Below, piece by piece: positions 8,545-18,632 of a stretch of DNA of 64,000 nucleotides. This DNA is from a virus. Position 1 is the stretch's first letter. The number at the start of each line of letters is the position of its first letter. The DNA is taken from the IMG/VR virus record IMGVR_UViG_3300030109_006070, positions 1 through 64,000 of that record; one strand, written 5' to 3'. The translations under genes and the position numbers were made by a program. The notes below the pieces were generated by a model that did not search any database, had not been told where the DNA came from, and worked only from the letters and a program-made list of their open reading frames with translations.

Positions 8545-8567
8545 GTCGTGTAAGATAAATTATATTT

Positions 8568-10523
8568 ATGGCTAAAAGAAAATATACGAAGCGTTCTGAA
8601 TATTGGAACAAGTTTACTCATCCTTCACAAGTAGAGGGGCAAGAACCCTCTCCAGAACTTTTAGGAGAACCTTTTTATACTTCTGATGCATCTTATACTG
8701 CGACATCAGAAGCTAGAAGGCAGGATGCATCGACGGGTAAGTTTTCAGGCTCTCGGACCAATAGGGCGGCTTTTGTGACCCAAAAAGAAAGATACTCTAG
8801 TATTCGTAGGGGGCTACTGCCTTATGAGTATGCTGCTGACGGAGTGACTTGTAGAGACGCTATAGAGCTTTGTCAGAAAGCTTATTGTAATGTCGCTGTC
8901 TTTAGAAATGCCATAGATATTATGTCAGAGTTTACAAACACTGATATTTATTTAGAAGGAGGTAGCAGAAAAAGTAGAGAGTTCTTTTATGAATGGTTTA
9001 AAAGAATTAATATTATCGGTCTAAAAGATCAATATTTTAGAGAATACTATAGAAGCGGTAATATTTTCCTATACAGAATAGACGGCAAATTTAAAGCCGA
9101 CGATTACGCTAGGCTTATTAATCAAGTAGGATCAATCGGGGCTAACTCCAACAAAATACCCTTGAAGTATATTCTTCTGAACCCATATGATGTTATAGCT
9201 AGGAGATCCACTACTTTTACTTCTGGGGGAGTATACCAAAAAGTTTTATCTGAATATGAGATAGCCAGACTGGGTAGCCCTCAAACTGACGAAGATCTAG
9301 CTATATTTGAAGCCTTAGATGGAGATATCAAAGATTCTATCCAAAAAGGTTCTTACAGTAATAAAGGGATAAAAATAAATTTAGACCCCAAGAGATTATC
9401 TTACTCTTTCTATAAAAAACAAGATTATGAGCCATTTGCAGTTCCTTTCGGATTTCCAGTCTTAGAAGATATCAACGCTAAGATGGAATTAAAGAAAATG
9501 GACCAAGCGATTACAAGAACTGTAGAAAATGTAATCTTACTTATCACTATGGGTGCTGATCCAGAAAAAGGAGGAGTTAACCCAAACAACATGGCTGCTA
9601 TGCAAAACTTGTTTAAAAACGAGAGCGTAGGCAGAGTTTTAGTTTCTGATTATACAACTAAAGCAGAATTTATTATACCAGAGCTTAATTTGGTTTTGGG
9701 GCCTGAAAAGTATCAGATACTTAACGATGATATTAAGCAAGGTTTACAGAATATTGTAGTTGGCGAAGAGAAATTCAACTCTACCCAAGTCAAAGCTCAA
9801 ATCTTTATTGATAGACTACAAGAATCTAGATACGGGTTTTTAAATGATTTTTTAAATAAAGAAATCAAAAGGATTGCTAAAGATTTAGGTTTCCGCTCTT
9901 GGCCAGAAGCTAAAATGAAAGACATCGACATGAGAGATGAGGTTCAGCTTATGAGGGCATCCACTCGACTTATGGAGCTTGGCATCATTACCCCAGAGCA
10001 AGGAATGGAAATGTTCCACAATGGAAAGTTCCCAGAGCCAGACAAATTAGATTCTGCTCAACAAGACTTTTTAGAGGATCGAGAAAAAGGTTATTACAAT
10101 CCAATTGTAGGAGGTGTCCCAGTTTATTCTCCCGATGGCGCAGCCAAAGGACCAAAAAAAGAAGCTGGCAGACCAGAAGGGACTACAGATATTCCTTTAG
10201 CTAATGCTGCATATTCTAGGTCTAGCATACAAAAAACCATCTATAGTATTGATAGCTTTATTCATGATGCTAAAGATAAAATGGTATCTCATTTAGGCGT
10301 TTCAGAACTTAGCGAAGCTCAAGAAGAGATGGTATCAAATTTGTGCGAATCTATTGTTTGTTCTTATAATAAAGAATATTGGGACGAAACATTAGAATCG
10401 TGTGTAAAAGATTTTAACGAAATTGAAAATTTGCAAACTTTAAAAGAAGTTTTGGATATTTCAGCTCAACATACTTTAGAAACATACCCAGCCGCCATTT
10501 TATATCACAGCCATGAAAAATAG
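8568..10523 (+). CDS. portal protein
   Basis: follows terL; 651 aa; portal-like VFRNAIDIMSEF, EYYRSGNIF and FAVPFGFPVL segments. Confidence 0.8.
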   Translation: MAKRKYTKRSEYWNKFTHPSQVEGQEPSPELLGEPFYTSDASYTATSEARRQDASTGKFSGSRTNRAAFVTQKERYSSIRRGLLPYEYAADGVTCRDAIELCQKAYCNVAVFRNAIDIMSEFTNTDIYLEGGSRKSREFFYEWFKRINIIGLKDQYFREYYRSGNIFLYRIDGKFKADDYARLINQVGSIGANSNKIPLKYILLNPYDVIARRSTTFTSGGVYQKVLSEYEIARLGSPQTDEDLAIFEALDGDIKDSIQKGSYSNKGIKINLDPKRLSYSFYKKQDYEPFAVPFGFPVLEDINAKMELKKMDQAITRTVENVILLITMGADPEKGGVNPNNMAAMQNLFKNESVGRVLVSDYTTKAEFIIPELNLVLGPEKYQILNDDIKQGLQNIVVGEEKFNSTQVKAQIFIDRLQESRYGFLNDFLNKEIKRIAKDLGFRSWPEAKMKDIDMRDEVQLMRASTRLMELGIITPEQGMEMFHNGKFPEPDKLDSAQQDFLEDREKGYYNPIVGGVPVYSPDGAAKGPKKEAGRPEGTTDIPLANAAYSRSSIQKTIYSIDSFIHDAKDKMVSHLGVSELSEAQEEMVSNLCESIVCSYNKEYWDETLESCVKDFNEIENLQTLKEVLDISAQHTLETYPAAILYHSHEK

Positions 10524-10992
10524 TAATTTAAATCATAATGAAATTGAAGTTTCCATTTCTGCCGAACAAATCGAGGCAGCTATGACCCCGAAACAAAAAG
10601 AGGCTCTAGACAAGAATAAAGACGGCAAAGTGTCTAAAGAAGACTTCGAAATGCTCCGCAAATCCAAGAGTATGGATAAGAAGCAATATGATAAAATTGA
10701 CAAGAAAGAACTCAAGCAAGACACTAAAAAAGAAAAAGTTGAGCATGAGAAGGACGCTATAAAAGACGACAAAAGCAAGATTAAAAAGCTAGATAAAGGC
10801 GCTCCTTCCGAAAAGAAGTCTATCGAAAAGAAAGATCTTAAGAAAGATATGAAGTTCGACAAAGACTCTAAGAAAAAAATGGAAGCCGACTATGGGGATG
10901 ATAGTAAAAAAATCAAACCTAAAAAAAGCTACGCTCAAATGCTCACTGATATCGCCGCTGAAAGATACGGTAAAAAAAAAGAAGCGAGCTAA
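10513..10992 (+). CDS. Lys/Asp-rich head-region protein with an EF-hand-like loop
   Basis: DKNKDGKVSKED loop; lies between portal and protease; ends just after an A9 run. Confidence 0.75.
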   Translation: MKNSNLNHNEIEVSISAEQIEAAMTPKQKEALDKNKDGKVSKEDFEMLRKSKSMDKKQYDKIDKKELKQDTKKEKVEHEKDAIKDDKSKIKKLDKGAPSEKKSIEKKDLKKDMKFDKDSKKKMEADYGDDSKKIKPKKSYAQMLTDIAAERYGKKKEAS

Positions 10993-11189
10993 AAGATAGC
11001 GACTTCCTTGATCCGAAGAGACGGTCTTTTCCTGTTTTATCTGCTCGGGATGTAAAAAATGCAGTAAGTAGCTGGGGTAGATATGAAGGCTCAATGAGTT
11101 TCGAAGAGTTTAAAAGTAAACTAACTCAAAGGGCTAAAAAAATTGGAGCAGAAAGCGCTCTACCTAAAAGCTGGATGGATAAAAAATAA
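10974..11189 (+). CDS. -1 frame extension of the 10513 gene (DUF6582-like domain), lacking its own start
   Basis: RSELKDSDFLDPKRRSFPVLSARDVKNAVSSWGRY...AKKIGAESALPKSWMDKK; its TAA overlaps the next ATG (TAATG). Confidence 0.75.
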   Translation, partial: KKRSELKDSDFLDPKRRSFPVLSARDVKNAVSSWGRYEGSMSFEEFKSKLTQRAKKIGAESALPKSWMDKK

Positions 11190-12679
11190 TGGATTACAAA
11201 TACACTGCTACATTTGAAGCTCCTTTAATTCCTTGCGAAATAAATGAGGCTTCTTTAATTTCTAAGGCTTCTTTACAAAATTTAGAGCCTTTAGTCCCTA
11301 GTGATATAGATTACGACGAAAATGTAGATTTAATGGGTGTGGCTTTTAATGCTGCTGTAATTAACCAATTTAATAAAAATGGTGATGGGATGGATACATC
11401 TACAGCCTTAAAATATACTAATAAGTTTATTCATAAGCCTACAAATATAGAGCATGATAAACAAAAGGTTGTGGGGCATGTTGTTTCTGCTGGATACAGC
11501 AAGTTTGGTTCTAGCGAGTTAATGGGAGAAGAAGAGGTCAAAACTCTTAGAGAACCTTTTAACATTTCTTTGGGAGCTGTCTTATATAAAACAATTAATC
11601 CTAATTTTACTAATTTAGTAAAAAATTCTTTAGATTCAGAAAGTGATCAATATCAGAAGGTTTCCGCTAGTTGGGAAGTGGGATTCAATAGTTATGTTTT
11701 AGCTGTTGGAAGCGATAAGCTAAGTGAAGCTAGAATTATCTCTGACCCCGAAGAAATAGCTAAATTACAGGGTAATTTAAGGAGCTATGGAGGTAATGGG
11801 AAAACCGATAAGGGAGAAAAAATCAACAGGCTTATCATGGGAGATATATACCCATTAGGCATTGCTTACACCCTTAACCCAGCAGCCGATGTAAAAGGTT
11901 TATACTCTAAGCCCCCTGAAAAAACTCAAATTTTTATAAACGATAAGAGGGATAAAATTTCACAAAATAATAATTTAAATGTAAACAACCAAAAGAACAT
12001 CATTGATATGGAACTTGAAAATACTCTAAACGAACTGAAGGATCTTCTAAAGGAGAAGAAATTCTCTAAGGAGGCTGTTGCTTCCTTAACTGATACCTTT
12101 GCCGATGCGATCCGTCAGCGGGACGAACAATACCGTAACGATCTCGAAGCAGAGAAATTGCAGAAAGAAGATAAAATTAAAGAATACGAAGACCTCAAAG
12201 CTTCTGTGAAGGCGCTTGAGGAAAAGCTGGGTGCTGCTAGTGAGCGCATTTCTGGTTATGAAAACGAGGAGAAAGCTCAAAAGGCAATTGCTTCGTTTAA
12301 CTCTCGTATGGATTCAATTGATGAGAAATTCGAACTTGATGATCAAGATCGTGAGTTTCTCGCTTCTGAACTTAAAACTTTAGATGATGACGCTTCTTAC
12401 GAAGCTTTTGCTTCTAAGTTGGATGTTTTGTGGAAACATAAGAACAAAGAAGTTCAAGAAGAATTTAATTCTCAAATTCAAGCTCGTATTGATGAAGAAG
12501 TAGCTAAAAAGCTTTCTAACGCTTCTGTTGAAGAAGTAAAAATTGAAGAAGCTCTTGACGCTGCTGAAACAGTAGATGCAGAAGTCTCTAATGCAAATGA
12601 GGCTATCGCATCTGAAGAACCCTCTTTGCGTGATAAGTTCAAATCAGCTTTTTCACGCGATAACATTGAAATTTCTTAA
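11189..12679 (+). CDS. prohead protease fused to a coiled-coil scaffold
   Basis: NKNGDG, KPTNIEHD, SASWEV, TLNPA protease motifs; acidic coiled-coil C-terminal half. Confidence 0.8.
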   Translation: MDYKYTATFEAPLIPCEINEASLISKASLQNLEPLVPSDIDYDENVDLMGVAFNAAVINQFNKNGDGMDTSTALKYTNKFIHKPTNIEHDKQKVVGHVVSAGYSKFGSSELMGEEEVKTLREPFNISLGAVLYKTINPNFTNLVKNSLDSESDQYQKVSASWEVGFNSYVLAVGSDKLSEARIISDPEEIAKLQGNLRSYGGNGKTDKGEKINRLIMGDIYPLGIAYTLNPAADVKGLYSKPPEKTQIFINDKRDKISQNNNLNVNNQKNIIDMELENTLNELKDLLKEKKFSKEAVASLTDTFADAIRQRDEQYRNDLEAEKLQKEDKIKEYEDLKASVKALEEKLGAASERISGYENEEKAQKAIASFNSRMDSIDEKFELDDQDREFLASELKTLDDDASYEAFASKLDVLWKHKNKEVQEEFNSQIQARIDEEVAKKLSNASVEEVKIEEALDAAETVDAEVSNANEAIASEEPSLRDKFKSAFSRDNIEIS

Positions 12680-12696
12680 TTTAACAAACTAAAATT

Positions 12697-13365
12697 ATGG
12701 CATTACGAATTCTACCATTCAGACAATACTCTGATCACGATGTCGTTAACATGTACTCCGTTATTGCGAGTGATGTTCTCGATAGCACCACTGGAACAGG
12801 CGCTGGCGATGCTGGCGTATTTGTGAAGGTGTCAGACGGTAACTTCGACAACGATCCTGTAACTTACCAAACGAACAGCTACTTGGGTAACACCAGCTAT
12901 CCGTTCCTTGGAACTACAGAGATGTATCCCGAAGTTAATCTCAAAATTACAGGCGCTAAAGGCGAAGATCATGCTCTCGGGCTGACTCTTTATCAAACCG
13001 CTAAAAACGACGAGAACGGCGAAAAGCTTCTTTACAACCCACAGAAACAAGAGGAACTCCAAGCAATGCTCCCAGGGCAAGCTGTTCCTGTAGCAACTAA
13101 AGGTATCTTTACTTTATCTTCTGCTGCTTTTGACGGGCCAATTAGTAGCTATGCCCCAGGAAACAGGATTAAACTTTCTGCGGTTACCGCTGGTAAAGTA
13201 ACAGGTTTCGCTACCATAGCTCAAAGCTCTATGACTACTGGAGATTTATTCGCAGAGGATAAAGTCTTTGGTCACGTTCTTGGAACAGGGGTTCGCTCAA
13301 GCGTTGGGCCTACTACTGACCAGTTCGCGGGTAACTACATCGTTGTATCGTTTGATTGTAACTAA
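12697..13365 (+). CDS. probable capsid decoration protein
   Basis: Gly/Thr-rich beta protein between scaffold and MCP; VPVATKGIF motif. Confidence 0.6.
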   Translation: MALRILPFRQYSDHDVVNMYSVIASDVLDSTTGTGAGDAGVFVKVSDGNFDNDPVTYQTNSYLGNTSYPFLGTTEMYPEVNLKITGAKGEDHALGLTLYQTAKNDENGEKLLYNPQKQEELQAMLPGQAVPVATKGIFTLSSAAFDGPISSYAPGNRIKLSAVTAGKVTGFATIAQSSMTTGDLFAEDKVFGHVLGTGVRSSVGPTTDQFAGNYIVVSFDCN

Positions 13366-13388
13366 TAACTAGAGAAAGGCTTTATAAC

Positions 13389-14534
13389 ATGAAAATTACT
13401 TTAAAAAGAACTCCAGAACAAGTCGAGCTTGTAAAAGCTATGGCTTCTCGTAACCGCACTGTGGCATACGAGGCTCAAGTAGCACTTGCTGAATTTATCG
13501 GACCAGTTTTGGCCGAGGTTCTCAACAATGCTCCTACTGTAAGCAACCTTTTCAATTCGCTTCAATTTGATGCGGATGATAACCCAAGCATCCCGCTTGA
13601 TCTTTACTACGACATTTCTGACGAAGATTACGTCAGAGTGTGGAGTCAGAGTCATGCAGGTGGTCTTCCAAGTAACCAAGTGCTTCCTACAGCTTCCGAG
13701 CTTAAGTTAGCTACTTACACTCTTGATGCCGCCGTTGATTTTGATCGCCGTTACGCAGCAAAGAGCCGCATGGATGTGGTTGGGAAAACTTTTACTCGCG
13801 TTGCACAAGAGATCCTTCTTAAGCAAGAGCGCACTTCCGCTACTCTTCTTATGACTTCACTTGCTGGCGCTTCGATTAACAGCTCCCCACTATTTGAAGA
13901 CAAGCAGATCTTCAGGACTGTCACCGCAGACACTGTTCTTATTGATGACTTCAATAAGCTCATGACTCTTGCGAAGCGCATCAACACTTCTTGGATTGGT
14001 GGAACTCCCACTACTCGTACTCGCGGTATCACTGATATCGTCTGTTCTCCAGAGGTTGTTGGAAGCATTCGTGCGATGGCTTACAACCCTGTAAACACCA
14101 CTGCTGTCCCTGACACAACTGAATCTACAGTTCTTGCAGCTCCTGAACAGCTCCGTAACGAGCTTTATCAGAACGCAGGTCTTGATAGCTTCATGGGTGT
14201 TAACATCTTGGAATTTAACGAGATGGGTAAAGGACAGAAGTTCAACACTATCTTCGACACTGCTGCTGGAACTGCTAGCTACAAGACATTTGATCTTGCT
14301 AGAGCTAACCAGTTTAATGGCACATCTGACGAAATTATCGTTGGTGTTGATCGTACTCGCGATTCACTCATGCGCGTTGTTGCTACTGATCCAGATAGCA
14401 GCAGTGAGCTTAACCTAATCGCAGATGACCAGTATAGCGTTCGTCAGAACAAGATTGGTTACTACGGTCAGCTTGAGGAAGGACGAGTTGTCCTTGACAA
14501 CCGTGTCCTCATGGGACTTATCAAGGGTCAGTAA
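13389..14534 (+). CDS. major capsid protein
   Basis: 381 aa; position in the head module, codon usage suggesting high expression, C-terminal IGYYGQLEEGRVVLD, strong terminator after it. Confidence 0.85.
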   Translation: MKITLKRTPEQVELVKAMASRNRTVAYEAQVALAEFIGPVLAEVLNNAPTVSNLFNSLQFDADDNPSIPLDLYYDISDEDYVRVWSQSHAGGLPSNQVLPTASELKLATYTLDAAVDFDRRYAAKSRMDVVGKTFTRVAQEILLKQERTSATLLMTSLAGASINSSPLFEDKQIFRTVTADTVLIDDFNKLMTLAKRINTSWIGGTPTTRTRGITDIVCSPEVVGSIRAMAYNPVNTTAVPDTTESTVLAAPEQLRNELYQNAGLDSFMGVNILEFNEMGKGQKFNTIFDTAAGTASYKTFDLARANQFNGTSDEIIVGVDRTRDSLMRVVATDPDSSSELNLIADDQYSVRQNKIGYYGQLEEGRVVLDNRVLMGLIKGQ

Positions 14535-14554
14535 AAACCCTATCAATTATAAAG

Positions 14555-14586
14555 AAAGCCGTCCCTTCGGGGGCGGCTTTTTTTTT
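14555..14586 (+). terminator. intrinsic terminator after the MCP gene
   Basis: aaagccgtccc-ttcg-ggggcggcttt with a cUUCGg loop and T9. Confidence 0.95.
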
Positions 14587-14618
14587 GTAATTTATTAATT
14601 AAGTGTATATAATACTGT

Positions 14619-15068
14619 ATGGCTAAAAAGAAAACACCTAAAAACAAAGAGGCCCCATTTAAAGAAGTTACTACAGGTCAGGAAAAACCTGCTAAAAAAG
14701 GCCTTCTCGAAGAGCTAGAGGAACTTAGAGCTAATGGAGAAACAAGCACCGCTCGCTACAAGGAAGTGATGCAGGAGATTGAGGTTATCTTCGGGACGGG
14801 CGAAACTAATTCTTTTGGCACAAATGATATCGAAGTCCTTAAGGATAAATTGGGGAGAATGAGCAAGGCAGACCTGCAAGCTTTTTCTAGAAAAGTAGGA
14901 GTCAACCCTTACTACGGCAAAGACGTAATCACTGCTAATATTATTAAAGAATTTAATAGATATCAAAGCAGAGGTAATATCGCTACAGCTCCTCTACCAG
15001 TTCCCGCTATTCAACTAGATCCAAATAACCCCCAACATAAGGAACTTCTTGATTGGTTAGAGGGTTAA
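14619..15068 (+). CDS. hypothetical head-region protein
   Basis: 149 aa; GTGTAT 10 nt upstream; short helical motif LGRMSKADLQAFSRKVGV. Confidence 0.7.
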   Translation: MAKKKTPKNKEAPFKEVTTGQEKPAKKGLLEELEELRANGETSTARYKEVMQEIEVIFGTGETNSFGTNDIEVLKDKLGRMSKADLQAFSRKVGVNPYYGKDVITANIIKEFNRYQSRGNIATAPLPVPAIQLDPNNPQHKELLDWLEG

Positions 15069-15095
15069 ATACTAAAAGATAGTGTAATACACTAT

Positions 15096-15581
15096 ATGCC
15101 GAACGTATTAGAAGATCTCGCTTCAGGAATTGTAGTCACCGAGTTTGATGGGGACACAGGAATTGCCACTGTATCTAATGTCAGTGGTTGGTTATTTGAA
15201 AACTTAGGGCAAGTAAACACTTACTTGTATACTAACTTCAGTGGAGCAGACGCTACAGGAACTTATGGTTTCATGGATATTGAGGCGCAAAATGTATTAA
15301 AGGAATTATACCTTTCTAATTACTACAATAAGCAAGCGAGAAACGCCCTTAGAGGCATCACAACCTCTACTGCTAGTGGAGACAACGTATTGTCCTTACG
15401 AGACGGAGAAAGCGCTGTTACGTTCGTTAATCGCAATGAAGTCTCTAAAGTTTATAGAGGGTTAGCTAGCGACTGCATGGACAAAGTAACGCAGTTATCC
15501 GCGCAGTATAATATATACCAAGCTCAACCTAGGCAATTAGGAGGTATTGACGCAAGCGGAATAGGTATTGTTTATACCTAG
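15096..15581 (+). CDS. probable head-tail adaptor
   Basis: position; helical N-part followed by SLRDGESAVTF hairpin; GTGTAA upstream. Confidence 0.55.
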   Translation: MPNVLEDLASGIVVTEFDGDTGIATVSNVSGWLFENLGQVNTYLYTNFSGADATGTYGFMDIEAQNVLKELYLSNYYNKQARNALRGITTSTASGDNVLSLRDGESAVTFVNRNEVSKVYRGLASDCMDKVTQLSAQYNIYQAQPRQLGGIDASGIGIVYT

Positions 15582-15814
15582 AGTCCGTGAGAAGCTTTAA
15601 GAGCTTTCTTGTCCTCTTTGTATTTAGCACGAAGAGAGTCTGCTTTTTTTGAGTCAGCAGCCACAGCAGATAGATAATCTGCCTTTAAGTCAGCTAGAGC
15701 TTCTCTGTAAGGCTTCTTAGGAGCCTTTGCCACTTCCTTCTTAGGGGTTTCCTTTTTAGGAGCAGCTTTTTGAGCTTTAGGCTTGGGTGTAGTTTTCTTT
15801 TTAGAATCGCTCAT
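15578..15814 (-). CDS. small Lys/Ala/Pro-rich basic protein
   Basis: 78 aa; histone-like composition. Confidence 0.7.
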   Translation of the reverse strand: MSDSKKKTTPKPKAQKAAPKKETPKKEVAKAPKKPYREALADLKADYLSAVAADSKKADSLRAKYKEDKKALKASHGL

Positions 15815-15818
15815 TTAA

Positions 15819-15995
15819 TTATGCGTCTGGATGTGTGTCGAACCAATCTTTACCGTCACCCAAGATTCTATTCTTTCTTCTCATGGGCACATTAGGATCA
15901 TTTAATTTAAAACCTTTTTTAGCAGGAGCTTTTTCCTCCCCTTTTGGGGAGGGTAAACTTTCTTTTTTTAGATCTTTTTTATCTGAATTTTTCAT
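15819..15995 (-). CDS. 58-aa basic protein, not in the ORF track
   Basis: MKNSDKKDLKKESLPSPKGEEKAPAKKGFKLNDPNVPMRRKNRILGDGKDWFDTHPDA fills the gap between co-oriented genes. Confidence 0.7.
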   Translation of the reverse strand: MKNSDKKDLKKESLPSPKGEEKAPAKKGFKLNDPNVPMRRKNRILGDGKDWFDTHPDA

Positions 15996-16000
15996 AAGTC

Positions 16001-17149
16001 TTACGTAAAGATTGCAGCGTCTCCGCAGCCACTCATGAATACTCCGTTAGAAGTATCATTTGGGCCACCAATTTGGGTAGAGAAGGTAAGGTCTACAGTT
16101 TTATTTGAGCCGATACTAGAAGAGAAGGACTGGCTATCAACTTTAAGACCTAGCAAGTTATACCGAACAACCTCATTAGAGTTTGAATCTTTAATTGTAA
16201 TACTCGCTTCACTTTCACCAAGGTCTAGGATACTTGCTAAGTTTTTAGATTGTGTATCAGATACAACAGCGCTGACATTTAAAGTGCAGCTAACTGGGAA
16301 ATCAACTTCTCTTGCAAATGGGAACCTGCTACCTAGTCTATCGATTGGAGATCTAGAAAGAGGAACTGAAATAGATGCGCTTTGAACGTGCGCTCCGTCA
16401 GCCCCGTCGATCTTAACCAGAGAGTCGGTTTCTAAATTAGCAAGGCTTAAAGTAATGTCTCCTGGGCGCAATGCTGTAAGCGCACCCCCCGCGAAACCTT
16501 CAATTCCACCATTTTCAGTTGGGTTAGGCAGTTGGATGTTTCTAGCTATGATTGTTCCAGCTTCTTGGTCTACTGCTGGAGTACCTGTAGTAGTCGCGCC
16601 AGCAACAGAATTCATATTAGAACCTTCTACAGTGACACTAACAGTAGGAAGTGATCCTACAGCCATATCTACCGTATAATCACTGATGTAGCAGTTACCG
16701 ACACCAATAACTGAATCTGAAGCATTTGGAGCTTCACCCGCACCAGCTTTATTCAAGTCTTCTCCATTAGGAGAAGTAAGAATAAAAAAGTTAACGCCAG
16801 AACCCGCTGTCAAATGGCCTGAAGCAAAGTTGCCTGATGAGAAGATCGAGTTGGTAATCTTTCTATTATTATTAGATCCTGAATTCTGCACAAAGAAACC
16901 CAGCGCTCTTTCGTTAAACCCATCTGTAAGGTAATAGCTAAAGTCAAGGTTTACAGTAGGAGGGTCTAGAACTAACGAGTCAATCCTCGCAAGATCACCA
17001 TACTGGTTTACGTCTTGTCGGTTAATAGTAAAGCTATAATTAGCACTTTGTACTCGACCTAATTGTTCGTGATCGGCTTTTAAATTTAGCGAAGCGTCCT
17101 CACTTACAAATAGTCCTTCTGATTGATAAATTACTCTGTTTCTGGCCAT
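16001..17149 (-). CDS. major tail tube protein (tandem two-domain)
   Basis: repeated VQSANYSFTINRQDVNQYG / VQSASISVPLSRSPIDRLG; Ser/Gly/Thr-rich; follows the neck genes. Confidence 0.7.
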   Translation of the reverse strand: MARNRVIYQSEGLFVSEDASLNLKADHEQLGRVQSANYSFTINRQDVNQYGDLARIDSLVLDPPTVNLDFSYYLTDGFNERALGFFVQNSGSNNNRKITNSIFSSGNFASGHLTAGSGVNFFILTSPNGEDLNKAGAGEAPNASDSVIGVGNCYISDYTVDMAVGSLPTVSVTVEGSNMNSVAGATTTGTPAVDQEAGTIIARNIQLPNPTENGGIEGFAGGALTALRPGDITLSLANLETDSLVKIDGADGAHVQSASISVPLSRSPIDRLGSRFPFAREVDFPVSCTLNVSAVVSDTQSKNLASILDLGESEASITIKDSNSNEVVRYNLLGLKVDSQSFSSSIGSNKTVDLTFSTQIGGPNDTSNGVFMSGCGDAAIFT

Positions 17150-17198
17150 GATTTAAGATTCTTTCTTTTGTTTACAGTTTTATTGTTAAAATATGAAA

Positions 17199-18050
17199 TT
17201 ATTGGAAGCGATATCTATACTGATCTATGTCGAAATCGATGAATCCTACATAAAGTTCGTTAGCTAGGACGTTTCTTGTTCTATCGCTTAACTTAGATGT
17301 CCTTACCTTTTCTACACAGAATTTAGTTACATCTCCATAAGTATCTGCTAATCCTGTGTAATTAAAACTTCCGTCTTTTAAGTCTCCTAGTTCGTCTATT
17401 GGGTATCCAGACATCGGTATAGCTGCTATGACTTCATCGACAGAATCCATAAAAATAGATATAACTCCATCTAACTGGTAAGTGTCTTCTGCTAATATTA
17501 CAGCCTTTGCTTGTGTTTTTGTTCTCTGCATTCCACCTAAAGCGAAAGGATCGTTTTCAGCTTGGGATACAGACAAAAAGATGGCTGGAACTACATCGTC
17601 ATATGGCTGTATGTATGTTAGCGGTCCAGAGGGAATTCTTGAGTTAACAACATATTTGTTTTCTATGATTAAGTCATCCTCTGTGTCATTAGTCAAATAA
17701 ACACTAAAATCTTTTACTGCGAACTCACCAGTGACTGTCATGCTTGTGTTTGTCCCAGAAAATAAAGCTCTTCCGTTTTCAAAATCAAAAACTACCCCAT
17801 TATCTCGCCCAGAAGTGCTAGCGCCCACAACTGAAACACCTGTCGGTATTGTAGCTCCCGCGATTGAAGAATCTGTCACCCACTGTTTATATGGGCTACC
17901 GTAAGCTAAATATCTAGAATCCAAGCGAGGATCTTCGTAGTAATATAGCTGTCCAGTTTTATTGCTGTAAGCTTCTCCTTTTGTTAAAAGGAAATTGTCA
18001 AACCACAAAAAGAAAGATGTGGTTAATTTGTGCTGGAATTGTTCTATCAT
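17199..18050 (-). CDS. probable tail terminator/completion protein
   Basis: precedes the tube gene; PAIFLSV..DPFALGG motif. Confidence 0.5.
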   Translation of the reverse strand: MIEQFQHKLTTSFFLWFDNFLLTKGEAYSNKTGQLYYYEDPRLDSRYLAYGSPYKQWVTDSSIAGATIPTGVSVVGASTSGRDNGVVFDFENGRALFSGTNTSMTVTGEFAVKDFSVYLTNDTEDDLIIENKYVVNSRIPSGPLTYIQPYDDVVPAIFLSVSQAENDPFALGGMQRTKTQAKAVILAEDTYQLDGVISIFMDSVDEVIAAIPMSGYPIDELGDLKDGSFNYTGLADTYGDVTKFCVEKVRTSKLSDRTRNVLANELYVGFIDFDIDQYRYRFQ

Positions 18051-18631
18051 TTCAAATCTTCGAATCTTTTTCTGTATTTTCTAATAAGTGCGGAAATATA
18101 AGGTCTATTTTGGAATCTCCCACCTCTCACTTTATTTACACGACTTTGGACCGCTGCGCCCGATCTTCCTCCATCTTTCCTTAATAAATAGCCTAATCCT
18201 GACAATCCTCTTTCAATTCCCTCTGCCCAGCTTCTGCCTGTAGCCCACGGCAATGGTGTAATCGCAAAGATATCTTGTGCTGTGGGTAATGAAACTTCGA
18301 ACTCTACGCCTATGCCTCTCTTTCTAATTTCTTGTTTATATGTAAGTTGTATATTTTCTAAAGACTGTAAAATAGGGGATATTGGTTGTTCACCCGAATC
18401 AAACCCTATAAATGCGAAAAGATTACTAACTCCCCCCAATGTCCCGCTTATGTTGCTACCACTGGCTCCTTGCAATATTTCTATTGTAACAGGATCGGAT
18501 AAAAATTCTTTAATTAATTCGTTTTTAATGTTTTTAAATTTGTTTTTTATATCTTTTTCGAAACCTCTCCTTAGTTCTTTGGGGGCTTGTCTTTGCAAGG
18601 CTTGTTGCACATCTAGCGGTAATTTTGCCAT
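18047..18631 (-). CDS. probable neck/tail completion protein (start revised to MAKLP)
   Basis: basic; W..GIERG and RPYISA motifs similar to HK97 gp10-type proteins. Confidence 0.5.
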   Translation of the reverse strand: MAKLPLDVQQALQRQAPKELRRGFEKDIKNKFKNIKNELIKEFLSDPVTIEILQGASGSNISGTLGGVSNLFAFIGFDSGEQPISPILQSLENIQLTYKQEIRKRGIGVEFEVSLPTAQDIFAITPLPWATGRSWAEGIERGLSGLGYLLRKDGGRSGAAVQSRVNKVRGGRFQNRPYISALIRKYRKRFEDLK

Positions 18632-18632
18632 T

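Noticed and set aside
15079-15095. Palindrome atagtgta-a-tacactat as an operator
   Set aside because: Single occurrence; one arm is simply the GTGTAA motif, and other copies of the motif lack the dyad
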